From an uncultured Bacteroidales bacterium (GTDB lineage: Bacteria > Bacteroidota > Bacteroidia > Bacteroidales > ML635J-15): a stretch of 64,000 nt of DNA. Shown here piece by piece: positions 35,511 to 43,565 of this stretch (within the stretch, counting starts at the first letter, position 1; the number at the start of each line of letters is the position of its first letter). Location: assembly GCA_937899245.1 (NCBI GenBank), contig CALDKB010000050.1, forward strand, positions 2,179 to 66,178, written 5' to 3'. A program made the position numbers and the translations under genes. The notes beneath the pieces were generated by a model. That model was given only the letters and a program-made list of their open reading frames with translations. It ran no database searches and was not told where the DNA came from.

Positions 35511-36752
35511 ATGGAACTGAGTTTAGAAGATCTTCAGAAAATAAAGACAAGTAGCGGCCTAATTGGCAATTCGGCAGGATTAAACCGAGCAATTAGCATT
35601 GCCGTACAAGTAGCTGCTACCGATTTGTCCGTACTAGTTCTTGGCGAAAGTGGAGCTGGAAAGGAAAAGATTCCCCAGATTATTCATCGAAACAGCCGAC
35701 GTTCAGGCAAGCCATATATTGCAGTAAACTGCGGCGCAATACCAGAAGGCACAATTGACTCTGAACTTTTTGGCCACGTAAAAGGAGCTTTCACAAACGC
35801 CATCACAGAACGCAAAGGATATTTTGAGGAAGCTAACGGAGGAACCATTTTCCTTGACGAAGTTGCAGAACTTCCAATGCCGACGCAAGCAAGACTTCTT
35901 AGAGTTCTAGAATCAGGAGAATTCATGAAAGTTGGCTCGTCAAAAGTTGAAAAAACCGACGTAAGAATCATTGCAGCGACAAACGTCAACCTACAGGAAC
36001 GGATAAATGACGGAAAATTCCGCGAGGACCTTTTCTATCGACTCAACACAGTACCGATAATTATACCACCTCTACGAGAACGCAAGGAAGACATATCACT
36101 GTTGTTCCGCAAATTTGCCCGCGACTTTGCAGACAAATACAACATGCCAGCTATAACTCTGACAAATGACGCCGCATTGCTCCTGGAGCAATATCGTTGG
36201 CCTGGAAATGTACGCGAACTGAAACATGTCACCGACCAAATTTCAATCATTGAACAAAACAGGAACATTTCAGCCGAAACGCTCAACAAATACCTAGTCG
36301 ACATACACACCAGCACGGTGCCGGCCCTAATAAAGCCTGAACACACAAACGACTTTTCTTCGGAACGCGAAATTCTTTACAAGGTTTTGTTCGACCTGAA
36401 AAAGGAAATGGACGAAATGAAAGTCCTCCTGAACGATATCATCGAACAAAACCCAAGCATAAGATACTCACTAAACAATAACGACCACCAGATAATTACC
36501 GACCTGTCGGATACCGTTAAAATAAACACTCCAATACCTAATCCAAAGCGAGAACAATACGACCAGCAACACGAGGAACAATCTGGAAGCGAAATCGTTG
36601 AAGTTGTATTAACAATCTCTGAACAAGAAAAAGAACTTATAACCAAAGCTCTGGAAAAAAACAAAAACAAGCGCAAACTCACAGCCGAAGAACTCGGAAT
36701 ATCGGAGCGTACATTATATAGGAAAATCAAGGAATACGGAATAGGCAAATGA
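35511..36752 (+). CDS. sigma-54-dependent transcriptional activator (AAA+ plus Fis-type HTH, no sensory or receiver domain)
   Basis: Walker A GESGAGKE, GAFTNA (a GAFTGA variant), ESGEFMKVGS, GNVRELKH, C-terminal HTH ELGISERTLYRKIKEYGI. Only about 15 aa precede the AAA+ core. Confidence 0.85.
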   Translation: MELSLEDLQKIKTSSGLIGNSAGLNRAISIAVQVAATDLSVLVLGESGAGKEKIPQIIHRNSRRSGKPYIAVNCGAIPEGTIDSELFGHVKGAFTNAITERKGYFEEANGGTIFLDEVAELPMPTQARLLRVLESGEFMKVGSSKVEKTDVRIIAATNVNLQERINDGKFREDLFYRLNTVPIIIPPLRERKEDISLLFRKFARDFADKYNMPAITLTNDAALLLEQYRWPGNVRELKHVTDQISIIEQNRNISAETLNKYLVDIHTSTVPALIKPEHTNDFSSEREILYKVLFDLKKEMDEMKVLLNDIIEQNPSIRYSLNNNDHQIITDLSDTVKINTPIPNPKREQYDQQHEEQSGSEIVEVVLTISEQEKELITKALEKNKNKRKLTAEELGISERTLYRKIKEYGIGK

Positions 36753-37261
36753 CAGCTAACAGATTACATATTATCCTGCTGATTGCATTATGCATACCAT
36801 TCGCGGCTTGCACTGGCGGATATTCCTTCACAGGAGCCGACATCAGTGCCGACACCAAGACATTTACTGTAGAATTATTCCCAAACCATGCAAGTCTTGT
36901 TCAACCGACACTTAGCAATGTTTTCACCGAAACACTAAAGGACAAATTCCTGTCGCAGACCAACTTGCAACTCATAAACGACAATGGTGACCTTTACTTT
37001 GAAGGAGAAATCACAAATTATGCAGTAAGCGCACAGGCATACCAAGGCAACGAAACAGCAGCTCTCACAAGACTAACCATCTCCGTTAAAGTCAAGTTCA
37101 CCAACAACATAGAACCGAAAAAAAGCTTCGAATCAACGTTCTCCAGATATGCCGACTTTGAAAGTTCACAAAACCTATCATCTGTTGAAGGAGAACTTAT
37201 GCAGCAAATTTGCGACGAACTTGTAGACGACATTTTTAACAAATCCGTAGCTAACTGGTAA
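36749..37261 (+). CDS. lptE: LptE-family lipoprotein
   Basis: Lipobox FAAC, 170 aa, and the conserved Bacteroidetes position after the sigma-54 activator. The start overlaps the upstream stop by 4 nt. Confidence 0.6.
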   Translation: MTANRLHIILLIALCIPFAACTGGYSFTGADISADTKTFTVELFPNHASLVQPTLSNVFTETLKDKFLSQTNLQLINDNGDLYFEGEITNYAVSAQAYQGNETAALTRLTISVKVKFTNNIEPKKSFESTFSRYADFESSQNLSSVEGELMQQICDELVDDIFNKSVANW

Positions 37262-38214
37262 TGGACAAGGAAACATTCACAAAATACGTCAACGACATAT
37301 CGCTGCTAAACAGCGATACTCTTCCGGAACTCAAAGTGATGCTGGAAGAATATCCGTATTTTCAGTCCGCATGGATACTTTACATAAAAAATCTCCATGC
37401 CATAAAGGACATTCGATACGAAAGCAAGCTAAAGACAGCCAGCTCCTATGTTTCCGACAAAAAAATATTATTTGAGCTGATAAAGGGACTATACACCACA
37501 CAAGGTCATAAAAAAGCCGAAGCGGAAAAACAGCACGAAGAAACCTTAGTAGCGAAAACAGAGACTACGGTTGCGGCAGAAGAAATCGGACCGACAGAAA
37601 AAAATGACGAAGAAAATGTTTGTCCACAAATCGTAGCAGCCGAAAACATCGTCGAAGAAACAAGCCAAAGTGCTACGGAAGAAAACACAGCCGAACCAGT
37701 TTATCCGACCGAAGAGAAGCAAAACTCACGGCAGGAAGAGGAGCAAGAGAAAATAAAAGCGGCAATCGAAGCCCAGCTGCTAGCGCTTGGTTTCAAGCCT
37801 ACAATTACATTTTCAGACGGAAAAGCTAACGTCTCCTTTGAAAAAATAGAAGAAATCGTAAGCGAAGAAGCACAAACGCCTATTCCAGAAGAAAAAGCAG
37901 AAGCGCCACACAACGAATCAAGGCAAGCAACATTATCGAGCAAGGACAAGAAGATGAACCTCATTGATGATTTCCTAAAGTCGGAAGCAAAGATAGTTCC
38001 AATAAAGAACTACCACAGTGACAGCACGTTATCTACCGATTCGCTCATTGAGGACGAAGAATTATTTAGTGAGAAGCTTGCAAAAATATATATCAAGCAA
38101 GGACACTATGAAAAAGCATTATCAACTTATGAAAAATTATATTTGAAATATCCCGAAAAAAATATTTACTTTGCAACCCAGATTGAATATGTTAAACGTT
38201 TAATAAATAAATAA
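37261..38214 (+). CDS. hypothetical protein with an acidic low-complexity centre and a TPR-like C terminus
   Basis: ORF with an E-rich middle (EEQEKIKAAIEAQ...) and C-terminal KIYIKQGHYEKALSTYEKL. The TAATG start/stop overlap with lptE suggests coupling. Confidence 0.5.
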   Translation: MDKETFTKYVNDISLLNSDTLPELKVMLEEYPYFQSAWILYIKNLHAIKDIRYESKLKTASSYVSDKKILFELIKGLYTTQGHKKAEAEKQHEETLVAKTETTVAAEEIGPTEKNDEENVCPQIVAAENIVEETSQSATEENTAEPVYPTEEKQNSRQEEEQEKIKAAIEAQLLALGFKPTITFSDGKANVSFEKIEEIVSEEAQTPIPEEKAEAPHNESRQATLSSKDKKMNLIDDFLKSEAKIVPIKNYHSDSTLSTDSLIEDEELFSEKLAKIYIKQGHYEKALSTYEKLYLKYPEKNIYFATQIEYVKRLINK

Positions 38215-38220
38215 AAAATT

Positions 38221-38535
38221 ATGTATAGTTTTTTCTCTGTAATGGTTCTGATATGTGCAGTATTGCTAATATTGGTAGTTTTAATTCAGAACAGTAAGGG
38301 TGGTGGTTTGGCATCAAGTTTCAGCCAGGGCAATCAAGTTATGGGCGTCAAGAAAACCACCGATTTCTTGGAGAAGGCAACATGGACATTGGCAATATGC
38401 CTTGCAGTTTTCTGTTTAGCAGCCAGTTTCACTATCCCTCACGAAAAGACAGAAGATCCTAAGGAACAAGCTCAGGAAGCATCTGAAGAAAATGCTGATG
38501 CAGCAGCAACAGAAACAGAAGCTACTGCTGAATAA
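38221..38535 (+). CDS. secG: preprotein translocase subunit SecG
   Basis: LLILVVLIQNSKGGGLASSF motif, two TM helices, acidic tail. Confidence 0.85.
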   Translation: MYSFFSVMVLICAVLLILVVLIQNSKGGGLASSFSQGNQVMGVKKTTDFLEKATWTLAICLAVFCLAASFTIPHEKTEDPKEQAQEASEENADAAATETEATAE

Positions 38536-38628
38536 TTAGCGACAAAAGAGACACATTTCTTAAAAATGCCTGCTTCCGACCATTTTTGTTGGGGGTAGGC
38601 TCTTTTAATTTTATAAAAGCTACCTATC

Positions 38629-39135
38629 ATGAAGCCAATTGTCAGTATAATCATGGGATCCACATCCGACTGGAAAGTTATGGAAAAAGCTGCCAACCAG
38701 TTGAATGACTTAAAGATTCCATTTGAAATCAACGCATTATCAGCACACCGCACGCCAGCGGAAGTGGAAAAATTTGCACGTGAAGCAGCACCACGCGGAA
38801 TAAAAGTTATTATTGCCGGTGCAGGAATGGCCGCTCATCTATGCGGAGTAATCGCAGCGGTAACACCGGTTCCTGTAATTGGTGTTCCGATAAATGCCAG
38901 CTTCGACGGAATGGACGCACTGCTAGCTATCGTACAAATGCCTCCTGGCATTCCTGTTGCTACCGTTGCTGTAAACGGCGCACAGAACGCAGCAATACTC
39001 GCAGCGCAAATGCTTGCTACCGGTGACGAAGAAATTGCCAAGAAACTTGTTGAATTCAAGGAAAGCCTGAAGCAAAAAATCGTCAAGGCAAACAAGGAAC
39101 TGGAAGAATATAAATTTGAATATAGAGTCATATAA
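38629..39135 (+). CDS. purE: 5-(carboxyamino)imidazole ribonucleotide mutase
   Basis: [17 protein letters not shown], and [13 protein letters not shown]...PVIGVP. Confidence 0.95.
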   Translation: MKPIVSIIMGSTSDWKVMEKAANQLNDLKIPFEINALSAHRTPAEVEKFAREAAPRGIKVIIAGAGMAAHLCGVIAAVTPVPVIGVPINASFDGMDALLAIVQMPPGIPVATVAVNGAQNAAILAAQMLATGDEEIAKKLVEFKESLKQKIVKANKELEEYKFEYRVI

Positions 39136-39140
39136 ACAAT

Positions 39141-39965
39141 ATGAAAATATCCCGCGCAATATTACTGTTATGCGGACTACTAGTTTCGTCCATTGTCTTT
39201 GCTCAAATTGAGACAAACAACGCCGGAGCTCGTAGTGCCGGCATGGGAAACACATCGTTAACGGTTCGGGACACCTGGGCTGTTTTCAACAATCCGGCCG
39301 CTACCTGCCGACTCAACCACATCAGTGCAGGAATATATTACGAAAACCGATTCCTTGTCAAACAAACAGGATACGGAGCACTCGCTTTCCAGATGCCTCT
39401 TCACAAATCCGGAAACATCGCTGCTGGAATAAGCCACTACGGATACAAATACTACCAGTTCAACAGATTTACGATTGGATACTCACAGAGGCTTTTCAAC
39501 AATTTCTTCATGGGACTAAACATTGACTACTACAATGTCGTTCAGGCGGAAGACTATGGAAATGCCAACGGAATGACCTTTGAACTAGGAATTTATGCAC
39601 AGCCGGTAAAGAATCTTTCCCTTGGTGTATATGTATTTAATCCTGTAAACGTATCATTTTTTGAAAGCAGAGACCTGAAGATGCCGATAACCATGAAACT
39701 TGGACTGTCGTACCTATTCAGCGACGCACTGCTAATTGCCGTAGAGACAGGCAAAACAATCAACGGATACTCATCGATATTCAAGGCCGGCATCGAATAC
39801 AACTTGCGCAAGCACTTCTCATTCCGCGCCGGAATATCAATGCTGCCAATAGAATATTCATTCGGTTTAGGATACAAGGTTGCCGGAGCGACTTTTGATC
39901 TGGCGTTCGCATATCATCAGATACTCGGATTAAGTCCAAAACTCTCTGTACAATATGATTTCTAG
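39141..39965 (+). CDS. PorV/PorQ-like outer-membrane beta-barrel protein
   Basis: Signal peptide. [14 protein letters not shown]...AVFNNPAA N-terminal motif resembles the PorV/PorQ/FadL-like family. C-terminal SVQYDF. Confidence 0.5.
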   Translation: MKISRAILLLCGLLVSSIVFAQIETNNAGARSAGMGNTSLTVRDTWAVFNNPAATCRLNHISAGIYYENRFLVKQTGYGALAFQMPLHKSGNIAAGISHYGYKYYQFNRFTIGYSQRLFNNFFMGLNIDYYNVVQAEDYGNANGMTFELGIYAQPVKNLSLGVYVFNPVNVSFFESRDLKMPITMKLGLSYLFSDALLIAVETGKTINGYSSIFKAGIEYNLRKHFSFRAGISMLPIEYSFGLGYKVAGATFDLAFAYHQILGLSPKLSVQYDF

Positions 39966-42036
39966 AAACTTGCTGAAATACATTTTAGCCGCGACGCTAT
40001 TGCTCATAGCGACAAAACTTTCGGCTCAAGTTGAAAACTCCGTTGTTCTGCAGGATATTGTTGAAGAAATAGCAGAGAGTTCGGACGAAGAACTTGACTA
40101 CACGACGCTGTTTAACAACCTTGAAATCCTTTCAGAAAATCCTCTCGACATCAATCTTGCTACTGCCGACGACTTAAGGCAAGTGCTTTTCCTTACCGAA
40201 TATCAAATCTTCGCGATAATAAAATACCGTAACCGCAACAACGGATTCAAGACAATATACGAACTTGCCTACGTAGAAGGTATCGACGACCAAACAATGA
40301 AATACCTCTACCCTTTTGTCTATGTTGGAGATAACAAGCCAAAGGAAAAGCAAAACTGGAAAAGAATATTCACATACGGACACCATACCATTCTTGGCAG
40401 ATACCAGCGGACATTACAGCATAAGGCCGGCTACAACATTGCCGACAGCATACTTGAGCTGAATCCGGAAAAGACCCACTATCTTGGTTCTCAAGACAAA
40501 TATTACCTGAAATATAACTATTCGTACAAAAACAAAATATCGTACGGCATCACCGCCGAAAAAGACGAAGGAGAACAATTCTTCCGTGGCGCACAAAAAT
40601 ACGGCTTCGATTTTTACTCGGCGCATTTTATGCTAGGCGACATGGGCATACTAAAGAAGGCAATTGTCGGCGACTATGTAGCGCAATTCGGACAAGGGCT
40701 CGTCATGTGGACGGGAATGGCTTTTGGAAAAGGTTCTGGCGTTGCTGGCATAATAAAGAAAGCTCGTAATGTTGACAAGTATTCGTCGGCAAACGAATCT
40801 GCATTCATGCGAGGAGAAGCAGCCACAATCAAGCTGAAGAATTTTACAATCACAGAATTCGTGTCATACAAACCACTAGACGGAAATGTAATTAGATACG
40901 ACACTATCGAGGATGAAGAAGACCAGATAACCAACTTCCTTGAAACTGGCTACCATCGCACACAAACAGAAATTTCTAAACGCCACACAATAAAGGAATT
41001 CGTTACAGGTGGAAACGTAACTTGGACAGGCGACAAACTGAAAATAGGCGCAACCGGCGTTTACTACTCGTACTCCAGTCCGCTAAATGTAAACGACAGA
41101 TCGTACGAATACTTCAACTTCAACGGGAAATCAGGATTTAACTTCGGCATCGACTACTTGCTCAACCTCCACAAAGTAAATATTTTCGGTGAAACAGCAA
41201 TCGGTCCAAACGGAGGAATGGCCACCGTCGACGGCATAACGTGTGATTTTGTCCCCGAATTCAAGATGTCGCTGCTATACAGGCACTACTCACCAAATTA
41301 CCAAAACATGTACGGACAAGGCTTCTCCGAAGGTAGCCACACATACAACGAATCCGGACTTTTTGTTGGAGCAGAGATTTTGCCTGTTAAGCACCTGAAA
41401 TTGGACCTGTCGTTTGACAGCTGGAAATTTCCATGGCTTAAATATGGCGTCAACGCACCGTCAATAGGACACGAGTGGCAGGGACAGATAACATATACGC
41501 CAAAATACAATGTAGAAATGATTTGGCGCGCTAAATACGAAACCAAGCAGAAAAATTCCAGCGGTACGGAAAATCTTCACCAGATTATAGACTATAACAC
41601 TTCGAAATACCGCTATCAACTCAACTACACACCTGGCAGCGAATGGAAACTGAAAAGCCGTATCGAAGTGTCGCGCTACCATCTGCCCGACAGCACAAGC
41701 TGGGGTGTCCTTTTGTGTGAGGATGTACAGTACAAGCCGGCAAAACTTCCGCTTACGTTTACTGCTCGCCTAGCATTATTCGACACACAGGACTATAATT
41801 CAAGAATTTACGCATACGAACAGGACGTTCTTTACGCATTTACAGTTCCAATGTTCTACGGACGTGGTGTTAGACTTGCGCTCGTAATAAAATACGACAT
41901 TCTCGACAATCTTGACTTCTGGATCCGTATCGGAAATACTTTCTATGCCGACAAAACAGTCGTTGGAACTGGACTCGACGAAATTCAAGGTCCAAACAAA
42001 ACCGAAATTAAGGTACAGTTTAGGCTCAAGTTCTAA
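39955..42036 (+). CDS. helix-hairpin-helix (ComEA-like) domain fused to a large outer-membrane beta-barrel-like domain
   Basis: Signal peptide, acidic linker, INLATADDLRQV...IIKYRNRNNGFKTIYELAYVEGIDDQTMKYL (ComEA-type HhH). About 550 aa of beta-rich sequence ends in KVQFRLKF. The gene overlaps the upstream gene by 11 nt. Confidence 0.65.
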   Translation: MISRNLLKYILAATLLLIATKLSAQVENSVVLQDIVEEIAESSDEELDYTTLFNNLEILSENPLDINLATADDLRQVLFLTEYQIFAIIKYRNRNNGFKTIYELAYVEGIDDQTMKYLYPFVYVGDNKPKEKQNWKRIFTYGHHTILGRYQRTLQHKAGYNIADSILELNPEKTHYLGSQDKYYLKYNYSYKNKISYGITAEKDEGEQFFRGAQKYGFDFYSAHFMLGDMGILKKAIVGDYVAQFGQGLVMWTGMAFGKGSGVAGIIKKARNVDKYSSANESAFMRGEAATIKLKNFTITEFVSYKPLDGNVIRYDTIEDEEDQITNFLETGYHRTQTEISKRHTIKEFVTGGNVTWTGDKLKIGATGVYYSYSSPLNVNDRSYEYFNFNGKSGFNFGIDYLLNLHKVNIFGETAIGPNGGMATVDGITCDFVPEFKMSLLYRHYSPNYQNMYGQGFSEGSHTYNESGLFVGAEILPVKHLKLDLSFDSWKFPWLKYGVNAPSIGHEWQGQITYTPKYNVEMIWRAKYETKQKNSSGTENLHQIIDYNTSKYRYQLNYTPGSEWKLKSRIEVSRYHLPDSTSWGVLLCEDVQYKPAKLPLTFTARLALFDTQDYNSRIYAYEQDVLYAFTVPMFYGRGVRLALVIKYDILDNLDFWIRIGNTFYADKTVVGTGLDEIQGPNKTEIKVQFRLKF

Positions 42037-42039
42037 GGT

Positions 42040-42513
42040 ATGCAGATAACCACCAAGGAAGAACATATTGGATTTCTAAACGAAATACTTGCACAAGCCA
42101 AGCACCTTACCGACAATGGTAACAGCGTTTTGGCAACTCTTGTAATGTCTCAGCTTATCGAAATTATGGGCAGTTACCTCGACGAGAAGCCAATGCGTTC
42201 GCGCGAGCAGTCGGCAAACCGCTTCAACACAGCGATTTTCAGGCTGTTTCCAATAAAATATTCTAAAGCTAACAGAAAAAGTTTCCTCTACTACCAGCTG
42301 CGGACTTCCATAGTCCACACTCTCACCCCTACTTGCAGCATCGCCCTCAAAAACGGCATTTCAGACAAGCATCTCACAGAAACAGAAGAAGTTACACAAA
42401 TTTATACCGGCAATTTGCTGAAAGACATAGAAAAGGCAGTTTCGATTCTCTCCCGCCTTATAAACGAGGATAAGATTAAACTGAAAAAACTTGCTTCGGG
42501 AAATGTCGATTAA
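42040..42513 (+). CDS. hypothetical protein
   Basis: 157-aa ORF starting 3 nt after the upstream stop. I recognise no motif. Confidence 0.45.
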   Translation: MQITTKEEHIGFLNEILAQAKHLTDNGNSVLATLVMSQLIEIMGSYLDEKPMRSREQSANRFNTAIFRLFPIKYSKANRKSFLYYQLRTSIVHTLTPTCSIALKNGISDKHLTETEEVTQIYTGNLLKDIEKAVSILSRLINEDKIKLKKLASGNVD

Positions 42514-42637
42514 GCTCTCCATCGACAAGTATACGACAATTTTATGCGTATAGGCATCTGTGGATTCAACGACAAAAAGAGCAATATTAGACATTGGAAA
42601 ATATTTCCAAATCAAACAACAAATTATTAAAAAGGGA

Positions 42638-42809
42638 TTAAATCGCCACACCTAAAAAACACAACCAGACTTCCCCAAAATGTCCCAAAGCATTCTGCAT
42701 ATCAGAATCTAAAATGCTAATTAAAAATTCGTTCCTTTTATTATTTAATAACGGCACATTATCTAAAGTTAGATCATAACCACATTTGCTTTACACACTT
42801 AAATCGCCA
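42638..42809 (+). repeat. 11-bp direct repeat pair TTAAATCGCCA (42638-42648 and 42799-42809) in the AT-rich spacer
   Basis: Exact 11-mer seen twice, 161 bp apart, inside the 428-bp non-coding gap that precedes the TetR-headed array. Confidence 0.4.
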
Positions 42810-42879
42810 TTAAACTTTTATCCAATATTTCATTAATCATTTTTTAAGACTCTCCTATTCTCCGTTTTATAGTAATGTA

Positions 42880-42887
42880 TAATTTTG
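42880..42887 (+). promoter_or_regulatory. Bacteroidetes -7 box (TAATTTTG) for the TetR-headed array
   Basis: TAatTTTG lies 54 nt upstream of the TetR ATG and is flanked by the inverted repeat AATGTAT/ATACATT (42874-42880 / 42892-42898). Confidence 0.5.
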
Positions 42888-42898
42888 CAACATACATT

Positions 42899-42916
42899 TT
42901 AAAACAAATGTTTTAA
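42899..42916. promoter_or_regulatory. candidate TetR operator (18-bp palindrome)
   Basis: TTAAAACA-aa-TGTTTTAA with perfect 8-bp arms, immediately downstream of the predicted -7 box and about 25 nt upstream of the TetR start. Confidence 0.45.
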
Positions 42917-42941
42917 TATAAAACACTGTAAATCAAACAAT

Positions 42942-43562
42942 ATGCCACGAAAAGCTTTATTTACTAAAGAGAAAATTATCGCTATTGCTCTGGATTATGT
43001 GCGAAAACACGGACATGAGTCACTTACGGCTCGTGAACTCGGCAAGGTTCTTGGCAGTTCTCCTCGTCCAATTTTCACGGTTTTCAAGAATATGGACGAA
43101 GTAAATTGTGAAGTTAAGAAGGCCGCACAACAAACATTCTCCAATTATGTAGCAAACGCAACTGATTACACTCCTGCATTCAAGGAATACGGAATGCGAC
43201 TTATTCGTTTTGCAAGAGAAGAAAACAACCTGTTTCGCTACATTTTTTTGCAAAAAGATTCATATTCCAATGGCGCACAATTCATTGCTCAAGAATGCTT
43301 CAACGAGTACGAAACCGAATACGGATTAAGCAAAGAGCAAGTAGCAACAATGTTCGGTCAAATGTGGGTTTTTACCTGCGGACTGGCAGTTTATTGCACT
43401 AGCCAGCCAAACGTTTATACCGAAGAACTTGCCAGCGAAATGATAACCCGTCAATTTGCAGCAACAATAAGTTTCGTCAAATCGGGAAAAATAGTGAAAA
43501 ACATAGAACCGCACTTGCGGGCCAATGGAGAGAAAAATATTATAAACATAGAAACAAAATAA
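42942..43562 (+). CDS. TetR/AcrR family transcriptional regulator
   Basis: N-terminal HTH IIAIALDYVRKHGHESLTARELGKVLGSSPRPIFTVFKNMDEV; 206 aa. Confidence 0.85.
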   Translation: MPRKALFTKEKIIAIALDYVRKHGHESLTARELGKVLGSSPRPIFTVFKNMDEVNCEVKKAAQQTFSNYVANATDYTPAFKEYGMRLIRFAREENNLFRYIFLQKDSYSNGAQFIAQECFNEYETEYGLSKEQVATMFGQMWVFTCGLAVYCTSQPNVYTEELASEMITRQFAATISFVKSGKIVKNIEPHLRANGEKNIINIETK

Positions 43563-43565
43563 AAT

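Noticed and set aside
37500-37950. Apparent repetitive GAA/GAAGAA-rich DNA
   Set aside because: This is coding low-complexity sequence (a Glu/Lys/Ala-rich linker of the 37261-38214 protein), not a tandem DNA repeat or a CRISPR-like array. There is no regular period or spacer structure.
38536-38628. purE leader examined for a purine/ZTP riboswitch
   Set aside because: It is only 93 nt. I could not find the conserved purine-riboswitch or pfl/ZTP core sequences, only a weak imperfect stem.
42594-42610. Palindrome TTGGAAA-ata-TTTCCAA as a regulatory site or terminator
   Set aside because: Several 7-bp arms are expected by chance per 64 kb. No T-tract follows, and it has no obvious positional relation to a promoter. 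It is kept only as a note within the spacer finding.
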